Shown here in pieces: positions 34,800-47,900 of a stretch of DNA of 64,000 nt. Within the stretch, counting starts at the first letter, position 1; every line of letters starts with the position of its first letter. The notes below the pieces were generated by a model. It searched no databases. It was not told where the DNA came from and worked only from the letters and a program-made list of their open reading frames with translations. The position numbers and the translations under genes were made by a program. The DNA comes from Takakia lepidozioides (Eukaryota; Plantae; Bryophyta), in NCBI GenBank assembly GCA_030704615.1, contig CM060731.1, forward strand, positions 94,054,001 through 94,118,000, given 5' to 3'.

Positions 34800-35274
34800 T
34801 TCATTAATGTATATGCCTTTTAAATGACACGTGTAGTGATGTAGTCATATATATAGAGTTATGAAACAATTGCAATAAGGGACTCATAAGTTTACATGCC
34901 ATGTCATCGATGGATAAACTCATCCAATGGATGAATACATTCGTGTATGTGCTTTCCAAATGACACGTGTAGGGATGTAGTCGTATAAATAGAGCTGTAA
35001 AACCATCTTCAGTCATGGAGTCACAAGATTCCATGAAACGTCGTCCATGTGTCGTCAAACATATCACACTAGTCATAAAACCATCCATGTCATCATGGTC
35101 AACAATGTTTGACCAATGCTCCCTAACTTTCCGGAGTCATGTAGTGATATCCATTACTACAAAGTGATAAAACTATGACTGCAACACATTTCAGCGCTCT
35201 GTAGTCGTATACCTAGTGCCGTTTTTATGACTCCGCCAAATCCGTAGTCCTAAAAACGCTCATCTCTTGTAATG
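34800..35274. mobile_element. CACTA-like non-autonomous element end
   Basis: Ends ...gctcatctcttGTAATG (reverse complement CATTACAAGAG) with tagtcat/atgact subterminal motifs. Confidence 0.4.
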
Positions 35275-36996
35275 CTCCTAGCAATGGTCTGCTCTTGTCA
35301 CTGCAGCTTGCTAATGACCTCACCTGCGTCAAGCCACGACAGGGCCACGACTAACCACACTTTAGCATGGCAACATGTAAAGAAATGAGAAGAGTTTGAG
35401 GAGTGGGAGAAAGGGTAGAATGAACAGACCTATGAACACGGGTGTTTAGCTCATATACAGAACCACCAAGGGGAGGCGAAAACGAGGCATTAGGAGCCCA
35501 GGCGGGAACAAACATTTTTCTAATTATTTGTGTTTGTTATGAGTTTGCCTCCATGTCTTGGTTTGAATGATGTCTATAGAACTTAAACGCTTGACAAGAC
35601 TCTCGAACTACAGCACGTAGAGAGTGACTCCCAGATTGGCTATGGCGCACACCACCACAATAACTCATTTGCAGGTGCGAGATGGATCTGCAGTTGCACA
35701 AAAGCAACAAAATGCATACATTTTGTGTAAGCTGATTCCCCTCTCTTCCTCTATACAATACCGAGAGACACAGATACACACAACATTACTCAATATCAGC
35801 CATCTTGACGGTTTGGCGATTCCCAAATGCACCACGCTGCTTGAGAATAAACTGGCAAATGTGGAGCAATGCAAGTTCAGTCACGGGCCCAACTTGGCCA
35901 CCGGTTCTATCCTTGTTTGCATAAACATTGTAATGAAAGGACAACTGGCAATTTCTGCTGCCAAATCACTCAGCAAAGATTCAATAAATAGTCACGTAGC
36001 AGGATGCCCATCCTTAAAGTAGCCATCCCCTTATCTGCCTTCCTCACATGAGAACATCCACCAATCATTAGACCTACCATACTGAGACTGCGTCGGACGA
36101 TTACAGGGAGGGTGTGACGACCAGATTGCAGCAACTCGATAGTAAAAGAGAAAAAAATGAGAGGCTGTGCTCCGAGAGAGAGAGAGAGAGTCTTCTTACC
36201 TACTGTAACAGTTTCACATGCAAGCCCTTTTGTGTGTGTTGCTTTTGTCTATAATCTGGAGATCTTGGAGTGATCTGTGAAAGAAACTAGGGAGCAGCTG
36301 AGCAGCCAGAGTCTTAACCCTCGACCCAAGTACCTTGCAAACTCTACTGAAAAGACCTGCGCTGCATCTTACTTTCATGCCCTGCTGATGAGGAACAGCC
36401 TCGGTACAGACAATAGTAACCTCAACTTTTGCAAAGCCAAACAAGATTCTACCTTCACTGAACAACTAGGGTAAAATGGCAGCGTTCACGTATTTGCCTT
36501 GTCCTCCTGGAGCCAACCGTTTGTGGCGATCAAGGATAGATGCAATGCAAAACGCAGCAGGAGTTAAACACCGAGCAAAGTCAACAAGCTGAGCGGCGAG
36601 GGCCTGGATGGCGCCTCGCACGGAGAAGCTCGAAAGCGCGGGCGAACAGTGCCTCCCGAGTGCCCCCTGCAAGATGCGCGGAGTTCGGCGCATAGACCAG
36701 CGAGGGAGAGGCCACGGTTTGCGTTGAGCACCACAACTGTTGAGAGCTTCCAGCTTGCAAGGTGAACGATCACGGGAAGGCCCAAAGCTTGCAACGATGG
36801 CGGGAAAGCCCGAAGCTTACGTGACAATCGCAGATCGCACTTACACTTGAAAGGTCCAGGGAAACGTAGAGTGGAGACACTCTTGTCCCTCACGATGCGC
36901 CGACGTGCCATTGCCGGTGCCATGATGTACTATTTTTATCGGGCCCGTAGGAGCTCTCCTTAGTACAAACAGCCTTCCTAAGGGCCCATTAAACTT

Positions 36997-37666
36997 CTAA
37001 TGAATTGCATCTTCCTGCGACCCTGGGGCTGGTAAAGCTAAAGTTTTGGGCGCTCTCTCCTGCACCAAAACTGGAGCATACATGCCTACCGCTTCAGGCT
37101 GGTACGTAGCTAGGGGATAAGCACTTGCCAAAGGCGCAACTGTTAATGGATCCCACAAACTAGTAATCATAGAGGGTTGGTTTATAGGCAGATAGTGTGT
37201 GGTAACATGCACCGTCTCCCATAATTTAGCCCGATTAATCGCTGCCTGAAGATCTGCGGGCACAGACTCCTTCACAAATCTAATCAATTCTGTGGGCTTC
37301 AATCCCTCAATGAATAATCCTATCTACATACGGCCAGGGATGACATGGTTATTCTATCTCCGGAGTATGTCTTCCAATCTCCCAGCATATGAATCAACAG
37401 ATTCACCTGAGGTCATTTGAATTTGAGTCAACTGCTCTCTCAGATGGTCCGCAAATCCCAATGGCCGAAATTGTGTCACAAAAGCAGCTCTCAATGCATT
37501 CCAATCAGCAAAGCTTCCATGTGGTTGTCGGTCATACCACTGAAAAGCCAATTCTCGCAAAGTAGCAGGAAAAATCTTCCACCAATATTCATCTGTTATC
37601 GCGTTATTGGCTATACAGGCTGTGATAAATTGGGCCAAATGAGCATCAGGATCCGATCCTGGGCAA
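36997..37666 (-). pseudogene. Gypsy (Athila-like) gag relic
   Basis: DPDAHLAQFITAC...KIFPATLRELAFQWYDRQPHGSFADWNALRAAFVTQF...QMTSGESVDSYAGRL. Confidence 0.85.
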
Positions 37667-38346
37667 TTGCAGCCTACGGTGGACCAAAAATGTTGTCACA
37701 ACACTGTTTTTTTGGGACCTTGATTAGTTATAAATTATCATACTCCTAAATGGAAATGCTGATAGTAAAAATGGACTAAGCTGTGAAGGCTCAACTACAT
37801 ATATTTCCCCTATTCCAAGTCTCATCACCAAAAAAGCAAATGGTTAGAAATTATGGACTTTTAAACAAGTCCATAAGGATTTGTTATAGTCCATATAAAA
37901 GGCACATTATGGACTTTTTTTAAAGCATGATTCATAGAAAATTAGAAAAAGGGACTTGACCAAATGTGCTTTAAGGGATAAAAAATCTAGAATGAAAACA
38001 TCCACTCAAAACTATTAAGTAAAATAAACTTTATGTACTATTTTGAGCCTTCAAAATAACTATTTTCGTAAAGTCCTTTACATATAGAATTATTTGAAAT
38101 ATCAACACTACCTCATTAAATACATAGACCAAGGGTAGACCCCCGGGGTGGATCAAGGTCAAATTTGAAAAAAATTATCGTGATCTGAAACTATCGCGAT
38201 TTGAAAATAAAATCCTTAATGGTCAATAATAGACGGTTGAGATCGTAAATTGAAGCGAATCCAATGGTTGAGGATTCGCCACATCCCCCTTTATGTACTT
38301 TTAGGGACTCATGGTGTGTCTCATTTTGGTCCACCGTAGGCTGCAA
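37667..38346. mobile_element. MITE-like element with 23-bp perfect inverted ends
   Basis: ttgcagcctacggtggaccaaaa ... ttttggtccaccgtaggctgcaa; AT-rich interior; abuts the gag relic. Confidence 0.7.
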
Positions 38347-38965
38347 CTACCCTCCTTGTCGACCAGTAAAAGAAGGCATATGGGCAATAGTACTGATTCT
38401 ATCATCGGCTTGGCCAAGATTAATAGCTATAGGCACCGATTGAAGAGCACCTGGGATGGGAGCTCCAGCCATCGCTGTTACCGGAGGTGGTGTACTAAAT
38501 ATGGAAGCCAAGGAATAAGTAGATGGTTGCTTAGATTGCTGCAGCCGCTGTTGCCTTCTAGCTGCACTAGAGCCCTATCAGCTCTCGCCTTCGCCTGATG
38601 AGCTGCTCTCGTTGGAGACTCCTTCATACCCCATCCTTCTCTTCTACTTACTTCCACATAAACTTTGAATCGGGCCAGCCCCCCTTCAACTTACGCCCCT
38701 TTCTTCTCATTGACACCCACTTTGGATTCCTCCTGATTCAATTGATTCACCAATAACTTCTGACTGACTCCTTCCTTCCGATCCTTCCTACACTCTGTCC
38801 GATAGTGGCCTTGGAATTTGCAAAAAGCACACAATCTAGGAATCTTTGGTGGAACTCCTTTAACAGTGCTTTCCCCTTCCATTTTTCTATCAGCTCTATA
38901 GCTCTCACCAAGACAACATCACCTTCAACCCACTAGGACCTGATCCTAGCTTATTGTTTGGCCTT

Positions 38966-38982
38966 TCCCCGTAGCGGCGCCA
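38966..38982 (-). promoter_or_regulatory. tRNA-type PBS of an Athila-like element
   Basis: Minus strand tggcgccgctacgggga a few bases after a putative LTR end (...aaaca at 38989); resembles the Athila tRNA-Asp-type PBS. Confidence 0.6.
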
Positions 38983-40063
38983 AAAAGATGTTTAGACTCG
39001 GGTTAATGAATCCAATTAACATTACAGATTCGTTCACAGGGAAAGCACACATACAACCCAAAGGAACAGCTATGTCACGATCAATAGATCCCAATGAGTA
39101 ATCAGTAAGCCAACACCAATGACATAACTCCTCATATTATTACTTCAATCCAATTGAAAATACTCATTCCATAGCATCTTCTTCATAATTCTCAATCTTG
39201 CTCATTTGAAACATGAAACATCTCTTCATTGATTTTGTGGAGTCAATCAATCAAGTCCACATAATTGAATTCACTTCAATTTCATAAAAATAATTGTTTT
39301 ACTTCTCTCCTCTTCTGGCATGAGTAAGACCATTTTGGGGAATCCGTTGTCGTTTAGTCTAGATGCAATGGTAGCCGACTTCCATGTTGGATTTTTCCTT
39401 ATAATTGCAGTGTCTGCTAGGGGGTCAAAGACTCCCAGGCCTCCCAGGAAGACGCCAAAGTGGTTTGCAATGTCTGGAAGGTTCATGAGATACTGGTCTG
39501 GAATAAAGGGTAAGGAAACAATCCTAGGCCCCCATAACTTCCCATTCCTATGCCCCATCTTGGAAGACCAAGGGAAGATATTTATGTTAAAACCTTGCAC
39601 ATATTTTTTTTAATCTTGTGTTGAGAGGAATTATGAAGACATCATGAGTCCAGGTGGGACCCTAGTTTGAGTGACAGAAAAAAGAGGGGAAAAAAAACAC
39701 ACCATGCTTGCGAAGCGACCCCCTATGTGTCGCTCAAGCGACGTTTTCTCCCCCCTCCCTCCCCCCGATTTTTGATGCGGACCCCGAAATCGTGGGAACA
39801 AGTGGGCCTATTGCCGTGGACGCCAACTTCACTACAACGACGCAATCTCCGCTCCATCGGACCGAAGACAGACAGACTTCATGACGACAAAGTGGCACGA
39901 ATGCACGATGAAACATTCACGGATGATTGGATTTGGGATGGACGTAAAAGTGAAATGGATGAACGTTGGATGAAGCACGGATGAAAAGTTGTCCAGATGA
40001 GGGGACTATGGACGACTGTATGAACATGTCTCGTGAGGGATCAGCAAGCGCAAGGACCAGGCA

Positions 40064-41256
40064 TTAAGGTGTCGTCAACAACATCTTAAATCGCATGCTC
40101 AACATGAGAAATGAACCCATGAAAATCGTTGAAAGAAAAAAAATCTTGCCTAGAAAAAACCATAGGGAGGAGTTGTAATCCTGCCCAGGGAAACATGAAT
40201 TAAGATGTCGTCAACGACATCTTAATCCCTTGCCCTGTTTGGACATGGGAATTTCACCAAATAGGATAAAACACAATATATATATATATAAAAGCCCAAA
40301 AATGGAGAAAGGTTTGGGTTTACTAGAACAAAGTGGATCCATGAAGAGTGACTGGTCTCATTTGCAAGAGAGTAGCTACCGTGTGAGCAGTTCACATGAG
40401 CACGCTCACGCTTTAAGTGGTAAACGTGAGCAGAATCCCTTAAGTGTGAGCAGATTAGTGAATGGGAGCCTACAACCGAGGGAAGAAGATGGCCTATTGC
40501 CATGGACAAAAACTAAACTATACGGACACAATCTCCACCCCATCTGATGGAAGAATTCTTCATGGCTGACGACCATATGGTACGAATGTGCGATGAAAAG
40601 CTGTCGGATGATTGAAAAAATGAATGGATGAATGTTGGATGACTTTGGATGAAAAATGAGCGGCATGAATGAACCATGGTGCGTGTGCTCGGGATTAAGG
40701 TGTCGTCAACGACATCTTAATTCCCAGTACGAGTTGGCACATGAGAGCTTACGGAAAAACCAAAATCCCTGAATTGTTTTTCCCAAAAACAATAACCAAA
40801 AAAATTTCAACCCAAAAAACTTTCAAGGCGAAGAAGCCTCGGCGGTAAGGTGGTGTGCAGGTGGTTGGGATTAAGGTGTCGTCAACGACATCTTAATTCC
40901 CAGCAAGTTTGTTTTTTAAAAAAACATCCATTTTGTTTTATTTATTTATTTATTTTACCCCCCCCGCCCCCCACCCCGAATGTGCCAGATTAAGGTGTCG
41001 TCAACGACATCTTAATTCCTAGCAAGATGGCGAACAAGCCTTGGCGGTAAGGCGGTGGTGTGTGTGCAGGTGCTGGGGTTTAAGGTGTCGTTAACGACAT
41101 CTTAATTCCCAGTACGAGTCGGCATATGACAATTCATGGAAAAATCAAAAACCCCAAAAAACTTCACCCGAAAAAATCTGACGGCGAACAAGCCTTGGCG
41201 GTAAGGCAGTGTGTGCAGGTGCTGGGGATTAAGGTGTCGTCAACGACATCTTAATT
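40064..41256. repeat. Seven copies of a 26-bp imperfect palindrome ttaaggtgtcgtcaacgacatcttaa
   Basis: Copies at about 40064, 40201, 40695, 40871, 40990, 41080 and 41229, with partly duplicated flanks. Confidence 0.9.
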
Positions 41257-43968
41257 CCCAGTACGTGTTTTGAAATGTTTATTTATAAAGCACGAGTTCA
41301 CCTCTATGCCTTCTTTAGATTTGGGTGTGAGCATTTCTCTCAACCTTGGATACCGTTTGATTCAAGGTGGCCTCAACTCTGCACTGTGGGCATTGGGGGG
41401 TGGGGAAGGGGATAGGGCCAAGGAACAAAAGTTTTGGGATATTAGTGGAATAAGAGTGGATGAGAAGTGGAGGTATGGCGGGTGTATTTCCAGGGCCATA
41501 TGATACGTCATGGTGGTATGTTGCTTGATTGTATGAGTGGAGCGAGGGTGGCGGCTGTGGGAATATAGAGTAATTATGTGGTATCTGTTGATGGGAGTGT
41601 AGGATTTGCTTAGAGGTGATACCATGGTATTAGTATGTAGACGATATTTGAGCGATAGTTTGGGAATTAGAACGTGATTTGGGGTGTGTGGATTTTTGCA
41701 TGGCGACATAATATGTCACTGTTTGAGGAGTCTTGAGTATATAAATGGCACGGAAGTGTCTACTGTGGGAGTAAAAATCGGGCATATACCCGGGGTCAGG
41801 GTTATGATGGGCGCTCATTGAAACAAATATTGTATCTAGATGATGTAAATGAAAGGTGTTTTGAGGCATGGTATTTGAGTAATGTTTGTGAGTAGTGTAT
41901 ACAAACAGTATATCTGGGAAGAGTATATGAGTGGTAAGCTGGAGTGTGGTCATAATCCACTGCAAAATATAGGATGTAGTGTGTGCAAGGGATGCACCAT
42001 AGTAGTGTAAGATTGGAGTAGTGGTATGGGGAGGTGAAGCAGGATATTGTATAAATGTAGTGAACATATGGGGTATACTGTACACCTGGGGTATGGTATA
42101 GGGTCTGTAGTACATATTGAAGTGTCGATGGTGTGAATGTATTTTGTGTGATGTGGTGTAACAGTATCGCATAGGGAGAGTGATGGCTCGTCAGTAAAAA
42201 ACGTTGCGAGGTGTATGCAGGTGTGTCATTAGATTGGTGATGTAATATAAGAATGTGCTGTGTGGGAGTGGTGCGAGTAAGTAATGTGAGGGAGTGGTGT
42301 GAGGGAGCGGTATGATGATATGATGCTGGATTGGATCCAGCACTAAGTAAACCCCAGATGGGTATATAAAAAAATAGTTATCAAAGAATATGAATTGGGG
42401 CTAACAGCCTAGCAACTTCATACTTAAAAAACAGTCAGGCTGTACTGATAATAAAAGCATAGTTAGGGTGTGTTGTATAGCGGACGCCTGAAGCAAATGG
42501 GGGAGCTGGTGGTGTGGGTGTTGAGGTGCCCATCGGAGTGTCGGCGCACATGTGGCCCAAGGCAGATGACTTTACTAAACATCTGAGATCCAGTATGACA
42601 TCCTTGTTATATGCTATTTCTTCATAGCGAGTGGGGTTGAGAACGCCAATGCTGTTGGTGGTGTGCGAGTACATGGGGGTATGCAGATAAGCCTGCAACC
42701 TGCATCAAGAAGTGGGTGAGTAAGATGATACAATGGTGTTATGAGATCAAAGGCAATGTTCTGTGAGTGCATCCAGTGAGAATGGTGGTGTGGGAATAGT
42801 ACAACGGCGGGATTTACGTGGCAAACATAGCTGCATATAGTAGTGCGAATCGGGCCTATACTATCCTGGGGGAGAACAACCAGGTATGTAAGAGAGTGAA
42901 TTCCATGGACCAAAATAGAGACAGCTTGACGGGTATCAGCGGCGTGGGTAGCAGGAGGCAGTATGAGTAAAGAGTATGCAGGCAAACAACAACAGAAGTG
43001 ATAGGAAGAGCACATAAGCAAAATACCGTGCGGTTTCATGATTGAGCAAAGGGATAGGGTGGAGCGAGTGCACCTGGCTGAAGCATCCGGGTTGTGGAGA
43101 GACACGTGTGCTGGCTCATATGGCCAGCGAACATACTTAGAGATGGCCAGACCCATGGGAGATCTGAAATGCAGCTTAGCAGCAGTAAAATAGGGAGCAG
43201 AGCTTTGTAAAGATAAATTCAACCTATGAAAACACGGTTTATTTGATATAGTACATGTCCTTGATACGAAGGGCATACAAGAAAAGAGAAAATTTGAGAC
43301 AACTGCACTAGATACATGGCTTGATAAGGGCTTGTTGGGTGGTGCGGCAAAAGTCATAATAGTTTTCAAACTCTCGGCAGCAAAGAGCAATGTGCTATGT
43401 GATATGGGTTCCACGGAGGCAAGTTGCCAAACATTATAAGTAGAGGGCAGAGTATATGATAGAGGCGCAATAGAGGTAGTTTTCAAGAGCTTGCTTTCAG
43501 GGAGCATGGTGCGGAAGGGTTCATGAGACACATTCAGCATTAAGCTTGTGCCAAAGTTGGGCACAGTATAAGTCACGAGCTTGTAAGAGCAAGAGATAAC
43601 AATTCTGTAGAATGACACCGATGACGAGAGTAAGATGGAACAAGGGCACCTTTGAGAGCTGTTGTGTAACCAAAGTGCGTACAATGTTTTGGCAGGTTGG
43701 GGGGGCTCCACAGTCACTCCCGAACATGGATGCTTGTTCATCTTCCGCAGCCAGTAGTACCGAGCAATGGTGAGCTGGGTTATGTAGTAGAATGTGTTAT
43801 GATCAAAGGCAGATTGCACGTTGAATGAACTGGCTGCGTGGTTGAGGGGCCATGTGCTGTAAATGGTGCCTCCCTCAAGGGAGGGTTGTTTTAGAGAGAG
43901 AGATTATGGGGTGTGGCGGCAGATTTCGATAACATAGTCGCCACTCAGATCGCTGTGTTGTGCAGACT

Positions 43969-44880
43969 TCAGAGTAATATCCGCCACAATTCCAGCTTTA
44001 ATGATGTCAGGGTAAGTGGAACAAATGCACCTGAAGTCGTGTGGTGGTGTTGATTTCGGAGCAGTGGGGAATTGGTCAGATGGCAGAGTTCGCTGTGGGC
44101 AAGGCTCTGGCCTATAGCCAGCTGGGCACACAGAATTGCAGCTGACCAGCGCCAACAGTGCTTGTGGATATCCGAAGCTTCCATACCACAATCATGTCGA
44201 GCAATTATCGCACTCCAGGGAGCCACATCTCGTTCAGTCATATTGTCAGACACTCGACAAACCTCTTTCATGTTCCCACATTTTGCATACATGTCCACAA
44301 GGGGAGTCTCCAGAGTGATATCTGATCTAATTCCAGCTTCAATGATGTCAGAGTGGGCCTCCTGGCCCTTTCCCAGGGCATTGCCATTTTCCAGATCTGC
44401 CAGGGCAGTGTGCATAATGACATTTGGTACACCTACAGCAGAACCTGCAAGCATCGCATTCCATGACACCAAATCTCGTTCCGCCATAGTCTCAAACACT
44501 CCCTTTGCATCCACGATGCACCCACAGTTTGCACACGTCTACCAGGGTATTGTTCAGAATGACGATTGGTACAGTTCCAGCTCTGAAGATGTCGCCATGG
44601 GCCTCTTTGCCCTTTTCCAGATCTGCCAGGGCAGTACGTAGAATGACATTTGGTACAACTATGGCATAATCTGCAAGCATCGCAGTCCACGGCACCACAT
44701 CTCGTTCATCCAAAGTGTCAAACACTCTCTTTGCATCCACGATGCACCCACATTTTGCATACATGTCCGCCAGGGTATTGTTTAGAGTGACAGTTGGTAC
44801 AATTCCAGCTCTGAAGATGTCGCCATGGACCTCTTTGCCCTTTTCCAGATCTGCTAGGGCAGTGTGCAGAATAAGAGTTG
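43969..44880 (-). pseudogene. Tandem array of internally deleted PLS PPR units
   Basis: About three copies of TALADLEKGKEVHGDIFRAG...DMYAKCG...FDTLDERDVVPWTAMLA, plus a partial copy; frameshifted. Confidence 0.88.
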
Positions 44881-45228
44881 GTACACCTCCAACAAAGCTT
44901 GTGTATAGGGGATGTCGATAGGGGAGTAGTGCATGCAGTCTTTTGCCCATCACAGGTTGAATTGCCACATTGCTGGGAGAGATTGTAGCAACCTCACCCG
45001 ACTGCTCCTGAACCGGATATTGCACACCATATTTCAACGGGCTACTGGCTTGACAGATGTGGGGGCAGATCTTGATGTCACTATCAGCGCCCAAATCACT
45101 GTACATAGCACTGGCATGGCATGTCGCCATGTATACCTGCCCAGACCCAATTCTCCAGGGGCCTTCAATTGCAAGAGTGTGCCCATTCACGCCGGATCCT
45201 TGAAAGTGTAGGGCTGGGACGCTCTCCA

Positions 45229-46782
45229 TCAAGTAATTGAGGACTGCCTTTGAAAGAGTTCAGCAAATTGGAAGTCTCTGCAATTGAAGAAGTGCAGGAG
45301 CTTTAATCCAGCAATCACAGAGCTTGCAATATTTGTCTTCTCTGTGGCTATAGCAACGCCCGCCAGGTTGATGCTCAGTTGTGGGAAACCAGGGGTAATC
45401 TCAAAGCGGGGGCGAGTGCCCACTTCATAGAAGATGGTTCTCGGGAGTGTAATGGCCATAAGATGGGGTGTTGGGGGCTGCGCTGCATTGGGAGAAGTGG
45501 GCGAGCATAGGCCTAGGGTTGCTTCCGGGTTGAGCTGTGGAGACTGGCAACGTGATTGTAGATCAGGGTACCGACCTGCACTGCCCATCTGGTTGAATGA
45601 AAGCCTGCCAGAAGAACTTCCCTCTCTCAGAGCATCATCGAGCTTAGCAAATCCTTGATGGCTCATGTCGCACATGGGGTTGTTGCGGCAGACACACCAT
45701 GGAGTCCTCGTATCACGATTTATCAGTCCGTAACTCGTCAGATCATTGTAACTTGCAAAGAAGGGGCCATGGAGTTCACCATAAGGTCCCTCATTCATAG
45801 AGTGCCGAGTAGCGGGCGCCACGATGCTGTTAAACAATTGAATGAACAAAAAGAAGGACAATTTACATGCCTTATGTTGCAGAAGCTGCTGTCGCTTATG
45901 GTAGTTGGGGGTACTGCAGAGTTGAGACCTGGCTGCATTCACGTTGGTGATGATTCGAAACACCCAGAACGGTTGTGGGATGGTCTTGGTCTTGGGGAGT
46001 CTCAACGAGTAGCCAGTAACATGTGGTTTCCGTTGAACTCGTAGCAGCAGATCGTAGGGTGAAGCCACGTGCAGCAGTGGGGAATCGAGAATTAGGAAAC
46101 TGTCGGAAACAAGTGGGAAGTAACTGAAGAGAACCGCCATAGGATCTTCATGGAAAGCACAAACTGAAGAGAGTGCTGCTGGAGGATGGAGATCTGTACA
46201 CCGTGTTTGGTCCAAAAAATGGCAAAATCGCCAGGCTGGCTTCTTCAGCTCAAGAAGCAGACCAAGGTCTGGAGCCCTAGTAAGTACAGGCCGTGAGAAC
46301 AAGTTCGCATGTTGTTTCGGGTGACTCATACATGTCACTGGCATATGGTAGCCCAAATCGTTGCGCATGTGAATAAGAGTGTCAGCTGCTTGGACTGATA
46401 TCGGATGCGTCGTCGTGTTGCCACTGTAGCAGGAAACTCCATTGGGTCTATGGTGATTCACAGCACTCGTAGGTTGGCAGCCTGGAATGGTTGTCAAGAT
46501 GCACATAGTGATCAGGGTGTAGCCGAGCCACTTGGCCGGAAGCTGGTAAGTGTCGGTGTGCACAATGCGTTTCACAGTCCGAAGAGCAGTCAGTCGGAAG
46601 ATCGGCGTAAGGAGAGCAGTTAGCTTGGTGGCGCCACGGTCGAGTGCAACAAGAGGACAGATAGGGTTGAGACAACGTAGAACTAGAGAATGAAGACACC
46701 GAAAGAGGGGCAATAAACAGAGGCAGCCCCACGAGAGGGGCCTGAGCATCAATAACATTAGAATGCTGCACAGTGGAATCAT
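45229..46782 (-). CDS. Long unassigned ORF (517 aa), possibly retroelement ORF1-related
   Basis: Long open frame without a recognised domain. Continues by frameshift into ORF 44492-45232, which runs into PPR motifs. Confidence 0.3.
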   Translation of the reverse strand: MIPLCSILMLLMLRPLSWGCLCLLPLFRCLHSLVLRCLNPICPLVALDRGATKLTALLTPIFRLTALRTVKRIVHTDTYQLPAKWLGYTLITMCILTTIPGCQPTSAVNHHRPNGVSCYSGNTTTHPISVQAADTLIHMRNDLGYHMPVTCMSHPKQHANLFSRPVLTRAPDLGLLLELKKPAWRFCHFLDQTRCTDLHPPAALSSVCAFHEDPMAVLFSYFPLVSDSFLILDSPLLHVASPYDLLLRVQRKPHVTGYSLRLPKTKTIPQPFWVFRIITNVNAARSQLCSTPNYHKRQQLLQHKACKLSFFLFIQLFNSIVAPATRHSMNEGPYGELHGPFFASYNDLTSYGLINRDTRTPWCVCRNNPMCDMSHQGFAKLDDALREGSSSGRLSFNQMGSAGRYPDLQSRCQSPQLNPEATLGLCSPTSPNAAQPPTPHLMAITLPRTIFYEVGTRPRFEITPGFPQLSINLAGVAIATEKTNIASSVIAGLKLLHFFNCRDFQFAELFQRQSSIT

Positions 46783-47267
46783 TTAATCTCGCCGCAACAG
46801 GGCGGGAGGTTCCGTCATGCGTTGCCAAGCTGAGACGATGGCCTGTGAGAACTCCAGGGGAGCGGCTTGAGCATGCAGGCGGATGGACAGCCGGTTGTGA
46901 ACAGCCATTGGAAACAAGAGAATAAAGAAACAGCTGGAGAAAACTATGGAAAGATAGATTAAACAAAGCTTTGAAAGGAGGATGATCTTGCTGAGCAGGT
47001 AGAAGGGAGAAGAGCAGCAAGGCAGCTGCACCGCAACGCGACGAGCTGGAGCTCGCGCCATGGCGGCTGCCTTAGCTAGAAAGAAAGTAAGGGTTAGAGT
47101 AGCGGCATTGCTAAAAAGCAAGAAAAGTGAGACTACAAAATCGAGAAGATGGCAGACCCCTAAACATTAGTCATGACTACGGGATTTAGCTGAGGTTGGC
47201 GGCGGGAGAGCGGAGCTCCGCCCTCCCGCTCTCTCTCATCGCTCTCCTTAAGAATAGGGGATAGCTC

Positions 47268-47900
47268 TCCACACTGTGTCATAAGCCTTCTTGACATCCA
47301 AGAAAAATACAAAAGTGGGTTTCCCTTCTTTTTTCCTTCCCTGGATAATCTGGCTTAGAGTGAAGATATGATCCACACAGCCCCTGTTTCACCGAAAGCC
47401 AGCTTGGCCTTCGTGGAAACAACCTCTAGTTTCCAGATCAACCTCGAGACGTTATAACTCTGCAAAATATCTTGCCAACTGCATTGAGGAGCGTGATGCC
47501 TCGGTACTTCCCCGGTTCTTCTCTCTCACCCTTCTTGTATAGATTGACAATGACCCCCTGTTGCCAGCGAAAGGGGATTCTTTCAGTCCTTTAGATAAGG
47601 TTAAAGAGAAGTACAAGGGCCTCTATCATGCGATCGCCACTGTGCTTCATAAGCTCGTTGACTATGCCATCAGGTCCACTAGCTTTATATCCACTTAAAT
47701 GCTCAATTGTGTCCACAATCTCAGAAGAACTAATGGGAGCGTTGTAAGCCTTTGAAATATCCTCCAATTCATCAGGGCTGTCTTGAATCATAGGAACAGT
47801 TTTTCCAACTGTGTCCTTCCATTCTTCAGAGGACCCCTCACTGTTAGGCCTAGAAATTCTGCCAAGGATACTCTAGTGGGTTTCAAAGGCTTTGACAATG
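47268..47900 (-). pseudogene. Non-LTR (LINE) reverse transcriptase fragment
   Basis: KASGPDGIVNELMK; WQQGVIVNLYKKG; YRGITLLNAVGKIF; QAGFR; CVDHIFTL; FFLDVKKAYDTVWR. Confidence 0.9.

Noticed and set aside
35280-36920. Possible host gene exons
   Set aside because: Short ORFs with no motif I can identify; left unannotated.
40064-41256. CRISPR array of palindromic repeats
   Set aside because: Spacing is irregular (~90-490 bp) and the flanks are partly duplicated.
42614-43819. 401-aa minus-strand ORF as a real gene
   Set aside because: No recognisable domain; the composition looks like an antisense shadow of decayed repeat sequence.
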